Origin: Chloroflexota bacterium
GTDB lineage: Bacteria; Chloroflexota; UBA6077; CF-72
DNA: 64,000 nt
Direction of reading: 5' to 3'
Assembly (NCBI GenBank): GCA_051006215.1
Contig: JBPCIO010000141.1
Coordinates: forward strand, 50,455-114,454
A model generated the notes under the pieces. That model searched no databases. It saw only the letters and a list, made by a program, of their open reading frames with translations, and had not been told where the DNA came from. Position numbers and translations under genes: made by a program. Positions within the stretch are counted from its first letter, which is position 1. Each line of letters opens with the position of its first letter. Below, piece after piece: positions 38,032 through 46,750 of the stretch.

Positions 38032-38757
38032 ATGCAACACCGACTGATCAGCATGGCTGCAGGCGTAGCCTTGCTGCTGACTGCAGGCGGGGGCGCCGCG
38101 CACGCGCAAACAACCAGCGACGCCGCCACCCACGACGTGACCACTGACGGCGTCCACGACGCCACCCCCGACCCAATGCATGACGCCACGCCCGACGCAA
38201 TGCATGACGGCGTGCATGACGTGACCGTTGACGGCGTGCATAACCCCACGCCCGACGACGCGATGCATGACGTGAGTGCTGAGGGTGTCCATGACGCCCC
38301 GCCCGACCCGATGCACGACGCCACCCACGATGTGACCACTGACGGCGTACATGACGCCACTCCGGACCCGATGCATGACGCGACCACCGACGGCGTGCAT
38401 GACGCCACGCCCGACCCGATGCATGACGCCACCCACGATGTCGTCCCCGGCGCCACGCACGACGTCAACCCCAGCGCCACGCACGACGCCAACCCGGGTG
38501 CCGCGCATGACGCCACCCACCCCGGCGCTACGCACGACGTGAACCCCGGCGCTACGCACGACGTCAATCCCGGCACGACGCACGATGTCAACCCTGGTCC
38601 GACGCACGATGTGAGTCACCCCGCGCCGAGCGCCACGCCTGAGCTGGACAGCCTTTTCTTGTTCGGCACCGGTGCTACTGGCGCAGCCGGCTATGGGCTC
38701 ATGCGAGTTCGCGCTGGCCGGCCCAAACAGTCTACAGCCGACGACTCAGAAAGCTAA
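38032..38757 (+). CDS. Secreted His-Asp octad-repeat protein with a C-terminal PEP-CTERM-like (PEL variant) sorting signal; candidate exosortase substrate
   Basis: AGGAGG SD 6 nt upstream of ATG 38032. Signal peptide (MQHRLISMAAGVALLLTAGGGAAHA). About 25 HD dipeptides at 8-residue spacing. The C-terminus reads PELDSLFLFGTGATGAAGYGLMRVRAGR (Pro-Glu-X motif, hydrophobic helix, Arg cluster) followed by an acidic tail. Confidence 0.75.
   Translation: MQHRLISMAAGVALLLTAGGGAAHAQTTSDAATHDVTTDGVHDATPDPMHDATPDAMHDGVHDVTVDGVHNPTPDDAMHDVSAEGVHDAPPDPMHDATHDVTTDGVHDATPDPMHDATTDGVHDATPDPMHDATHDVVPGATHDVNPSATHDANPGAAHDATHPGATHDVNPGATHDVNPGTTHDVNPGPTHDVSHPAPSATPELDSLFLFGTGATGAAGYGLMRVRAGRPKQSTADDSES
38100..38630 (+). 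repeat. 24-nt (8-codon) tandem repeat array encoding the His-Asp octads
   Basis: Repeated units such as gacgccacccccgacccaatgcat / gacgccacgcccgacgcaatgcat, and a later variant cacgacgtcaaccccggcgctacg. This array generates mirror-image spurious ORFs on the opposite strand. Confidence 0.7.
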
Positions 38758-38773
38758 GTGAGACTCCCGCCCT

Positions 38774-40051
38774 GTGCTTTCCGGAATGGCCGGGGCTCGG
38801 GACTCCCTCCACGCCCGGCTCGCTGTGCAACCATCGGCTAACGGTGGCGGCGGCTTGATCCGCTGGTGGTTCGCCGCCGCTGTCGTAGGCATGGGCGCCC
38901 TGGCGGCCGGTTGGTTGAGCTACGAGTTCTGGCGGCTGCTCTTCCAGCCGGGCATCATGGGCGCCGTCGACCTCCTGCTGCGCCGGGACGAAGTGCACCG
39001 CTGGTTCGGCGGCCTGCCCGTGTACAGCGAGCTCAGGACTGCCACGTACCCGCCCGCAAGCATGGTCTTGCTGTGGCCGTTGGTTGGCTGGCTGGACGCC
39101 ACGGCCAGCCGCTGGCTGTGGGCGATTAGCACGATCGGGGCGCTGGCCTGGCTGGTGTGGTTGGTGGTGCACGCGAGTGGGGCCAGGACCCGCTTCGAGA
39201 TTGCCTTCGTAGCGTTGCTGCCCCTGGCGTCTTATGCCGCTGGCGCTGCCATCGGCAACGGGCAGCTGATCGTACAGGTGCTGCCGATCCTGCTGGCCGC
39301 CGTGCTCTTGCTCCGGTCAAACGAGTTACGCGGCTGGAAGTGGAGAATTCTCGCGGCCGGACTGCTCCTGGCCAGTCTGGTGAAGCCAACCCTGGCTACT
39401 CCGTTCTTCTGGATTGCGCTGTTCGCCGCCGGCTCACCCTGGCCAGTCGTGTTCGCGAGTGCGGGTTACGTTGGGCTTACACTCCTGGCCGCCCAGTTTC
39501 AGCCCACACCTTTGCCGATACTTCTGCGCGAATGGCTCGCGCGCAGCCAAATCACAGCGACTGGCAGTAGCGGAGCCAACCTTCACGCGTGGCTTGCAGC
39601 GCTGGGACTTGGTGATTGGATCCCAGCGGCGTCACTGCTGGTCCTCCTGTTCTTGGGAGCCTGGGTATACCGCCATCGCCACGCTGATCTCTGGCTGCTT
39701 CTGGGCGTCACGAGCATCGTCACCAATATGTGGTCGTATCACCTCTGGTACGACGACCTCATCGTGGTCCTGGCCGGCATCAGCGTCTTTCGGCTCGCCC
39801 GCTCGGTCGCGCCTACACGCCCCCTGATGCTGACCCGCGCGCTGCTCGCGGCGTTGGTCCTGACCAGCCTGGCCCCGGGTGGACTGTACACTCTTCCGCC
39901 ACCCTGGAATGGGGTGTACGTGTGGTTGCAAACCGTCGTTCGGGTGGCTGTCCTGGTGTACCTCATCGGCGAGACCCGGCGACAATCGGCTCTGAGTGTT
40001 GCACACCCATTGCCGGCGCCGAGAGCATCGACGGCGCAAACGATCGTCTAA
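38774..40051 (+). CDS. DUF2029/GT87-like multi-pass membrane protein (putative polyprenol-phosphate-sugar dependent glycosyltransferase)
   Basis: 425 aa with about 10 TM helices. Its size and topology resemble GT87/PimE-like mannosyltransferases. It lies directly downstream of the PEL-CTERM protein. Confidence 0.45.
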   Translation: MLSGMAGARDSLHARLAVQPSANGGGGLIRWWFAAAVVGMGALAAGWLSYEFWRLLFQPGIMGAVDLLLRRDEVHRWFGGLPVYSELRTATYPPASMVLLWPLVGWLDATASRWLWAISTIGALAWLVWLVVHASGARTRFEIAFVALLPLASYAAGAAIGNGQLIVQVLPILLAAVLLLRSNELRGWKWRILAAGLLLASLVKPTLATPFFWIALFAAGSPWPVVFASAGYVGLTLLAAQFQPTPLPILLREWLARSQITATGSSGANLHAWLAALGLGDWIPAASLLVLLFLGAWVYRHRHADLWLLLGVTSIVTNMWSYHLWYDDLIVVLAGISVFRLARSVAPTRPLMLTRALLAALVLTSLAPGGLYTLPPPWNGVYVWLQTVVRVAVLVYLIGETRRQSALSVAHPLPAPRASTAQTIV

Positions 40052-40099
40052 CTACGCGAAAAGTCGGCGCGGACGGTAGCAAGGCCTCTTCCGACTTCG

Positions 40100-40116
40100 C
40101 TCAACGGTAACTCAAC
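40100..40116 (+). promoter_or_regulatory. CTCAAC-N5-CTCAAC direct repeat (candidate operator)
   Basis: cgCTCAACggtaaCTCAACgtgg with 11-bp spacing, about 90 nt upstream of the oxidoreductase start. Confidence 0.45.
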
Positions 40117-40209
40117 GTGGCGTAAACCTGCGTTGCTCGCCGCGCCCATCAGACTCCCATCACCAAACGTGACGCTCAATTGTCAGTACTCATGCGGGAA
40201 AGAAGTGAG

Positions 40210-41664
40210 ATGGTAGAAACTGGTCAGCGCACAGCAGTCATCATGGGAGCCGGTCCAGCGGGGCTCGCAACAGGCCTGGCTCTGGCACGCGCTGGCTGGT
40301 TTGTTCACGTCGTTGAGCAAGCCTCGGTCGTCGGCGGCCTGGCGCGAACGGTGGAGCAGGACGGCTTCCGTTTCGATATCGGCGGACATCGCTGGTTCAC
40401 CAAGAAAGATGTTCTCAACCACTTCCTCATCGACCTGCTCGGCGACGAGATGGTGATGGTCGACCGCATCAGTCGAATTTTCTTCGACGGCACGTATGTG
40501 GACTACCCGCTCCGCGCGGCCAACGTACTGTCCCACATTGGACCGATGACCAGCGCGCGTGCCATCGGTGATTTCGTCGTGTCGAAGGCTACCCAGCGGT
40601 TGTCCAACAAGCCCGTGGTGTCCATGGAGGACGCCTACGTGGGCCAGTTCGGACGCACGCTGTACGAGCTGTTTTTTCGCAACTACTCCGAAAAGGTATG
40701 GGGCGAGTCATGCTCCGAGCTCTCGGGTGACTGGGTCACCCAGCGCAGCAAGGGTCTGTCGCTATTTACCGCGGTCAAGGACGCCTTCAAACGCAGCGAC
40801 GGCGAGGTCGAGAGCCTAGTCGACAGGTTCATGTACCCGGCTCTGGGTTTCGGTCGCATATCCGAGCGCATGGTTGAGGACATCGAAGCCACTGGCGGGC
40901 GCGTGGATCTCGGCCAACGCGTCATCCGCGTCGACCACGATCACGGCCAGGTGAGCGGGATTACCGTCAGCGACGGTGCGCGTGAGCGCCAGATCAACGG
41001 CGATGTCTTCGTCTCCTCTATTCCGATGACCGAGCTGGCCCAGGTCCTGGCGCCGGCTGCCACATCCGGCGTCCTCGAAGCCAGCCGCAGCCTGACCTAT
41101 CGCGACCTGATCACGGTCAATCTGTTGCTGGACCGTCCCCAGGTAACCAACGACACGTGGGTCTACGTCCACGATCCGAGCGTATCGTTCGCCCGCCTCC
41201 ACGAGCCACGCAACTGGAGCAGCCAAATGGCGCCTGAGGGTAAGACATCGCTCGTGCTCGAGCTCTTCTGCGAAGCTGGCGACCAGCTCTGGCAGCGCAC
41301 CGACGATGATCTGGTCGAGCTCGTTTCAGGAGATCTGGCTGACAAGCTCCACTTCATCGAGCGGAACGAGGTAATGGGTGGATTCGCCATCCGCAGCCGC
41401 GACGCCTACCCTCGGTATGGCCTTGAGTACCGCGACGCGGTCGCTCAGATCAAGAGCTGCCTGGGCAGTTTCGCGAATCTGAACATCGTTGGGCGGGGTG
41501 GCACCTTCCGCTACAACAACACCGACCACGCAATCGAGACCGGCTTGTTGGCCGCTCGGCACATCCTGGGCGAGGACGTGGATGTCGATTCCGTCAACAG
41601 CGAACAGGAGTACCTCGAGGAGCGACGGGTTCCAGCGCGGCTCTCGCGGGCTGCCGTTGCCTGA
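40210..41664 (+). CDS. FAD/NAD(P)-binding oxidoreductase (amine-oxidase / UDP-galactopyranose-mutase-like superfamily)
   Basis: N-terminal dinucleotide-binding motif VIMGAGPAGLATGLALA...VVEQASVVGG. The start is uncertain (ATG 40210 or 40192; the ORF-track TTG is at 40180). Confidence 0.65.
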   Translation: MVETGQRTAVIMGAGPAGLATGLALARAGWFVHVVEQASVVGGLARTVEQDGFRFDIGGHRWFTKKDVLNHFLIDLLGDEMVMVDRISRIFFDGTYVDYPLRAANVLSHIGPMTSARAIGDFVVSKATQRLSNKPVVSMEDAYVGQFGRTLYELFFRNYSEKVWGESCSELSGDWVTQRSKGLSLFTAVKDAFKRSDGEVESLVDRFMYPALGFGRISERMVEDIEATGGRVDLGQRVIRVDHDHGQVSGITVSDGARERQINGDVFVSSIPMTELAQVLAPAATSGVLEASRSLTYRDLITVNLLLDRPQVTNDTWVYVHDPSVSFARLHEPRNWSSQMAPEGKTSLVLELFCEAGDQLWQRTDDDLVELVSGDLADKLHFIERNEVMGGFAIRSRDAYPRYGLEYRDAVAQIKSCLGSFANLNIVGRGGTFRYNNTDHAIETGLLAARHILGEDVDVDSVNSEQEYLEERRVPARLSRAAVA

Positions 41665-41692
41665 GCTCGGGCCCCATTCGCCGGGGCCAACG

Positions 41693-42751
41693 GTGGCGCC
41701 AGCGATCAGCGTGGTCGTTCCCGTCTACAACGGCGGCGCCGCCTTCCAGCGCTGCCTGGCGGCTCTGGCCGGCAGCCGCGACATAGCCTGGGAGCTGGTC
41801 GTGGTCGACGATGGTTCGACTGACGATTCCGCCGAGACCGCCCAACTGACGGGTGCCCGCGTCCTGACCACGGACCGCGCGCGCAGCGGACCCGGACCCG
41901 CCCGCAACCTGGGTGCCCGCGTCGCTCGCGCTCCGATCCTGTGTTTCATCGATGCTGACGTCCTTGCTCGCTCGGACACGCTGGCAAACTTTGCGGCGCT
42001 CTTCGCCGCCGACCCCGGCCTCACCGCCGCATTCGGTTCGTATGACCCGCAACCCGCCCACCCTGGTCTTCTCTCCCAGTATCGGAACTTGCTCCATCAC
42101 TTCGTCCACCAGACGGGCCAGGAAGAGGCCTCAACCTTCTGGAGCGGCTGTGGCGCTATCCGCCGCCAGGCGTTCCTGGACCTGAACGGGTTCGACGCCG
42201 CGTATACGCGCCCGAGCATCGAGGACATCGAGCTCGGCTATCGCGTCCTGGCCGCTGGTGGTCGCATCCGACTGGCCAAGCACATTCAGGTAAAACATTT
42301 GAAGCACTGGACGTTCTGGAACATCCTTCAGACGGATATCCGTGACCGGGCCCTGCCCTGGACGCAGTTGATCGTGCGAACGGGACAGCTTCCGAATGAC
42401 CTGAACCTTCAGACCGCCAGTCGCGTCAGCGCGGTATGCGTGTATGGGCTGTTGGTCAGCGCGGGTCTCAGCATCTGGCAGCCTCTGGCGCTTCTGGCCA
42501 CAATCCCGCTGGTGGCGCTGCTGCTGGTCTGTAACCAGCACCTGTACTCGTTCTTGCTGGGCCAGCGTGGGTTCCGTTTCCTGCTGTGTGTGCTGCCCAT
42601 GCACTGGCTGTACTACGGCTACTCGGCCCTGGTCTTCAGCGCTGGCATGGCCTTCGAAAAAGTGCGCGCCCGGCGACGGGCCGCGACCGCGCCAGTCCTT
42701 GTGCGTTCGAACGGCGGCGTCGCCTCGTCTGACGTCGAGCTCGCGCTCTGA
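41693..42751 (+). CDS. Glycosyltransferase family 2
   Basis: ISVVVPVYNGGAAFQRCLAAL...LVVVDDGSTDDS...CFIDADV. C-terminal TM helices. The start is uncertain (GTG 41693 or TTG 41657); the ORF-track start 41489 lies inside the upstream gene. Confidence 0.75.
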   Translation: MAPAISVVVPVYNGGAAFQRCLAALAGSRDIAWELVVVDDGSTDDSAETAQLTGARVLTTDRARSGPGPARNLGARVARAPILCFIDADVLARSDTLANFAALFAADPGLTAAFGSYDPQPAHPGLLSQYRNLLHHFVHQTGQEEASTFWSGCGAIRRQAFLDLNGFDAAYTRPSIEDIELGYRVLAAGGRIRLAKHIQVKHLKHWTFWNILQTDIRDRALPWTQLIVRTGQLPNDLNLQTASRVSAVCVYGLLVSAGLSIWQPLALLATIPLVALLLVCNQHLYSFLLGQRGFRFLLCVLPMHWLYYGYSALVFSAGMAFEKVRARRRAATAPVLVRSNGGVASSDVELAL

Positions 42752-42769
42752 GCAGGCATAATCCCGTAC

Positions 42770-43675
42770 GTGGGAGTGGGGCCGCCTGGGCGCCGAATTT
42801 CGATCCTCATCGCCGCCCGAGACACCCGCGCCGATACACGCGAGTGTCTCGCGGCCCTCGCCCCCCAGGTCGACTCGCAAACAGAAGTGCTGGTGGTGTG
42901 TGGCTCGGAGGATGGGACCGCCGAGATGGTGAATCGCGACTTTGGCTGGGCACGCTCACTCCAATATCCGGTGGGTACCGGCTTCGGCGAGTTACGCGCG
43001 CATGGGCTGGCCAGCGCCACGGGTGATCCGATTGTCTTCCTGGATGTGTACTGTCGGGTGCGTCCAGGCTGGCTCGCCCGCTGGCGCGAGGAGCCCTGGG
43101 AACGCTATGCAGCGGTGGGCGGCCTGGTCGAACCGGCGCCCCGCCCCAGTCTGGCGGACTGGGCCGCCTTCTTGAGCGAGTATGGTCCGTACCTCCCCCC
43201 CCTGCCGGCAGGCGAGACAGACCACCTCCTTGGCAACAACGTCGGCTTTCGCCGCGCCGCGCTGGAGCGGGCTGGCTTGATCGGTGCGGCCGAGTTCTGG
43301 AAAACCTTCGCGCTCTGGGCACTGTCCGCGCAGGGTGAACACTGCTGGACGGACCCACGCCAGCTCGTGTCTCACGTCCGGTCCATTCAGCCGGGCGAGT
43401 TCAGCATTCACCGCTACTGGCACGGGCGATGTTTCGGCGCGACCCGAACCCTGAGGAGCAGGTGGCGAGTGCGTCTCGCGCGCGCTGCGAGCTGTCCCGC
43501 CGTGCCGTTGCTCCTGACCGCGCGACTGGTCCGCGACGTGCACCCCAATCGAGCCTATCGACGTGTCCTGTGGCGGAGCCTGCCTTTCGCGCTGCTCTAC
43601 CATGCCGCCTGGGCGCTGGGCGAGCTCGACGGCTACCTGCGCGGTGCGGGCGGCGCGTGTGCCCGCCTGGCATGA
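42770..43675 (+). CDS. GT2-like (GT-A fold) protein, single domain, paralogous to the two domains of the 44817 gene
   Basis: ISILIAARDTRADTRECLAALAP...VLVVCGSEDGT and LADWAAFLSEYGPYLPPLPAG are shared with both halves of 44817..46718. Confidence 0.55.
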   Translation: MGVGPPGRRISILIAARDTRADTRECLAALAPQVDSQTEVLVVCGSEDGTAEMVNRDFGWARSLQYPVGTGFGELRAHGLASATGDPIVFLDVYCRVRPGWLARWREEPWERYAAVGGLVEPAPRPSLADWAAFLSEYGPYLPPLPAGETDHLLGNNVGFRRAALERAGLIGAAEFWKTFALWALSAQGEHCWTDPRQLVSHVRSIQPGEFSIHRYWHGRCFGATRTLRSRWRVRLARAASCPAVPLLLTARLVRDVHPNRAYRRVLWRSLPFALLYHAAWALGELDGYLRGAGGACARLA

Positions 43676-44757
43676 CTGAGGAGCGTGTGAACGACCCGGA
43701 CGCTGGGTTGATCAGCTTCTGCTGTCCTCGCTGCAGCGGTCCGCTTGCGACGCGTTCCAGCGAATATCACTGTAGTGCCTGCAGCCACACCTACCCGGTC
43801 ATACTCGGAATTCCCGACTTCCGCGTTTTCCCGGATCCGTACATCGACTACGCAGATGACCGAGCCAAGGCCGGGCGCGTCCTGCACGGCATGGACAACG
43901 CCTCGTTTGCGGCGTTGGTGCGCCGCTACTGGGACCTCACCCCCGACGTTCCGCGCCACCTGGTCGACGGCTATGTCAGCCATGTCCTAATGGCCGGCGA
44001 GCGTGCCAGCTCGATTCTCGATGAGGCGCGACGTGCTGGGAATCGCATGGGCGCGCGGCCGGCCCTCGGAAGCGGTGCCATCCTCGAAATCGGATGCGGG
44101 ACAGGCGGCTTGTTGATCGCCGCCGCCCGCGAGTATCAGCAGGTTGTGGGGGTCGACATCGCCTTCCGCTGGATCGCGATCGCCACCCGCCGCGTGCAAG
44201 AGGCGGTCACCAACGGCCAGTTGACACCCGAGCAAGCTCGTCGCGTCCGACTCGTATGCGCCTGCGCGGAAAGCTTGCCTCTGCCGTCAGGCGCGTTCGA
44301 TCTGGTGGTGGGCGCTGGCGTTGTCGAGCACGCCAGCCGCCAGCCCGACCTGCTACGGCAGGCGCGTCGAGCGCTACGCCCTGGCGGACTACTCTTCCTC
44401 ACCACGGTCAACCGCCTGAGCCTGGCACCCGAGCCGCACGTCGGGGTCTGGGGTGTGGGTTTCCTACCCCGCCGCTTGATGGAACCCTACGTACGCCGGG
44501 TGCGAGGTGTTCCGTACCGCTATATTCGATTACACTCCGCCCTGGGTCTCGCTGGCCTCCTGCGTAGCGCTGGGTTCGCCCGCTGGGAGGTTCAGCCACC
44601 GCCAGTGGCGGACGGTGACATGCGCCGCTACTCTGCCGGCGTCCAGGCGTGCGGCCGGCTGTACAACCGGGTGCGGCAACTGCCTGGTCCTCGCCAGGTA
44701 CTCAGTTTGGTCGGTCCGCTGCTCCAGATCGCAGCCGTCCGTGGCAACGAACCGTAA
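43672..44757 (+). CDS. SAM-dependent methyltransferase with an N-terminal Cys4 zinc-ribbon (Trm112-like) segment
   Basis: CPRCSGPL...CSACSHTYP followed by methyltransferase motif I ILEIGCGTGGL. The ATG overlaps the upstream stop (ATGA). Confidence 0.75.
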   Translation: MTEERVNDPDAGLISFCCPRCSGPLATRSSEYHCSACSHTYPVILGIPDFRVFPDPYIDYADDRAKAGRVLHGMDNASFAALVRRYWDLTPDVPRHLVDGYVSHVLMAGERASSILDEARRAGNRMGARPALGSGAILEIGCGTGGLLIAAAREYQQVVGVDIAFRWIAIATRRVQEAVTNGQLTPEQARRVRLVCACAESLPLPSGAFDLVVGAGVVEHASRQPDLLRQARRALRPGGLLFLTTVNRLSLAPEPHVGVWGVGFLPRRLMEPYVRRVRGVPYRYIRLHSALGLAGLLRSAGFARWEVQPPPVADGDMRRYSAGVQACGRLYNRVRQLPGPRQVLSLVGPLLQIAAVRGNEP

Positions 44758-44760
44758 CGG

Positions 44761-44777
44761 CTAAACCACGTCTCAAC
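44761..44777 (+). promoter_or_regulatory. CTAAAC-N5-CTCAAC direct repeat (candidate operator)
   Basis: CTAAACcacgtCTCAACcgagcgttgacgg with 11-bp spacing, about 45 nt upstream of GTG 44817. Confidence 0.35.
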
Positions 44778-44816
44778 CGAGCGTTGACGGGTCGGTTGGC
44801 CGCCGCGGCCTAGGCT

Positions 44817-46718
44817 GTGCGCGTGTCAACTGTCCAGCGCGTCTCGGTTGTGGTCGCTTCGCAGAGCGCGCTCGCTCAAGTTGAGCGCTGCCTCGCCGCT
44901 CTGGAGGCCCAGCGCCAGCAGGGCATCGGCCAGATCATCCTGGTTGGCAATACCATCGAGGGGATTGGTGAGGCAGTTCGAGAGAGCTTTCCGTCAGTTG
45001 AAATCGTCGATCGCCCAAGCCATGTGCTGGTGCCCGAGTTGTGGGCCGAGGGTGTCGGACGCAGTCGGGAGGCAGTCATCGCGTTGACCACAGCTGACAT
45101 GCTGCCTGACCCTGGCTGGGTGGCGGCGATACTGAGGCAGTACGAGCGCGCGTCGTGGGCCGGCGTCGGCGGCGTCATTCTCCCGAGCCCTGGGCTTGGG
45201 TCGCTGGACGCGGCTGTGTACTGGTTGCGCTACCACCGTTTCGCCTCACGCCAGCCGGCCGGAGCTGTGCGCGATATCGCTGGCGACAACGGCAGCTATC
45301 GCCGCCAGGAGCTCATCCCATACCTCGAACGTATCGCCCGAGACGGTTTCTGGGAGTACGAGTTGAACCAGGATCTCGGGTCGGCTGGCAAACTGCTGTG
45401 CCTGGAACCGGATGCCGTCGTGCGCTACCAGGGTGGCGAGTCATTCGCTGTCTTCGCCCGCCAGCGGCTTACCCACGGCCGTCGCTTTGGCGCCGAACGT
45501 TTTGCACGAGCCACGGGTCTGCGCCGTTGGCTGTTGCTGGCGGCATGGCCACTCACACCAGCCGCCATGCTGATGCGCATCTCGCGTGGCGTTGTAGCGG
45601 CTGGAGCTGTTGGCGGGTTGGGCCGAGCCGTGCCGCCACTGCTTGGTCTGGTTGCCTGCTGGAGCACAGGCGAGCTACTCGGGTATCTCAGCGGAGCGTC
45701 GCATGCGCTCCGCAGTTCCGCGCGCGCCAATCCCTTGGCTAGCCTCACGCCCACTCCCACTCGCACTCTGGCGCGTCCACCAGCGGTCGAGCCTACGTCC
45801 GGAGCCGCGGCCGCGACGGACGATCATCCGACTCTGTCGGTCGTCATCGCCTCGGTCAACGGGCCCGACTATCTCGACGCTTGCCTGGCGGCGCTCTCCG
45901 CCCAGCACGGGACGGTTCTCAGCGAAGTGGTGGTTGCCGACAGTTATGGGCCAGCCACCGCGAAGCTCGTGGCCGAGAAGTACCCGCACGTGCGCCTGTA
46001 CTCCTTCGCCGAGCGGTTGACGATTCCGCAGCTACGCGCCGCGGCGATAGCCCAGAGCCGAGGCGATCTCATCGTCATGACCGAAGATCACTGCGTGCCC
46101 GCCCAGGACTGGTACGAGCGTATCGTGGCGACGCACCAGCAGCAGCCCTATCTGGCTATCGGCGGGGCTATCGAAAACGCGGCCACCGCCAGGCTGGTGG
46201 ATTGGGCCGCGTTCCTGTGCGAATACAGCGCCTTCGTGCGGCCCCTCGCCCCAGGCGTCGCCCACGATATTCCCGGGCCTAACGTGGCGTACAAGCGGGC
46301 TGCGCTCGAGCACATTCAGGATCTACTTGACGATGGGCGATGGGAAAACTTCCTGCATGCTCGCCTCGAGGAGCGGGGCTTCGAGCTGTATCAAGACCCC
46401 AGCGTAGTGGTCTATCACCGCAAGTTCTTCTCGCTCGGCGAGTTCCTCTCGCAGCGGTATCACTACGGCCGCGGATTCGCTGGCATGCGCGTGCAACGCG
46501 CGCCACTCTGGCGCAAAGCGGTCTTCGCGGCTGGCTCGCCCGTTCTTCCACCGGTCATCCTATGGCGCCTGGGCTCGCGCCTGTTCGGTCGACGGCGACA
46601 TCGGCTGATCTTCCTGTGCGCGTTGCCTCAGCTCGCGCTGTTTACGCTCAGCTGGAGTCTGGGCGAGCTCGTCGGCTACGTTCTGGGTCCAGGTGACAGC
46701 CTGGCCAAGGTCGAGTGA
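44817..46718 (+). CDS. Didomain GT2-like protein (two tandem GT-A-like domains)
   Basis: Two internal repeats of the domain seen in 42770..43675 (VSVVVASQSALAQVERCLAALEA... and LSVVIASVNGPDYLDACLAALSA...), joined by a Pro/Thr-rich linker. Hydrophobic segments follow each domain. Confidence 0.6.
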   Translation: MRVSTVQRVSVVVASQSALAQVERCLAALEAQRQQGIGQIILVGNTIEGIGEAVRESFPSVEIVDRPSHVLVPELWAEGVGRSREAVIALTTADMLPDPGWVAAILRQYERASWAGVGGVILPSPGLGSLDAAVYWLRYHRFASRQPAGAVRDIAGDNGSYRRQELIPYLERIARDGFWEYELNQDLGSAGKLLCLEPDAVVRYQGGESFAVFARQRLTHGRRFGAERFARATGLRRWLLLAAWPLTPAAMLMRISRGVVAAGAVGGLGRAVPPLLGLVACWSTGELLGYLSGASHALRSSARANPLASLTPTPTRTLARPPAVEPTSGAAAATDDHPTLSVVIASVNGPDYLDACLAALSAQHGTVLSEVVVADSYGPATAKLVAEKYPHVRLYSFAERLTIPQLRAAAIAQSRGDLIVMTEDHCVPAQDWYERIVATHQQQPYLAIGGAIENAATARLVDWAAFLCEYSAFVRPLAPGVAHDIPGPNVAYKRAALEHIQDLLDDGRWENFLHARLEERGFELYQDPSVVVYHRKFFSLGEFLSQRYHYGRGFAGMRVQRAPLWRKAVFAAGSPVLPPVILWRLGSRLFGRRRHRLIFLCALPQLALFTLSWSLGELVGYVLGPGDSLAKVE

Positions 46719-46750
46719 GAACACGCGCCGCCTCGGCCCACCACAGGCCG

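Noticed and set aside
37945-38619. Long minus-strand ORFs (224 aa and 195 aa) rich in V/G/H/R opposite the HD-repeat gene
   Set aside because: They are the mirror image of the 24-nt tandem repeat and have no start context. The plus-strand gene has a perfect SD, a signal peptide and a sorting signal.
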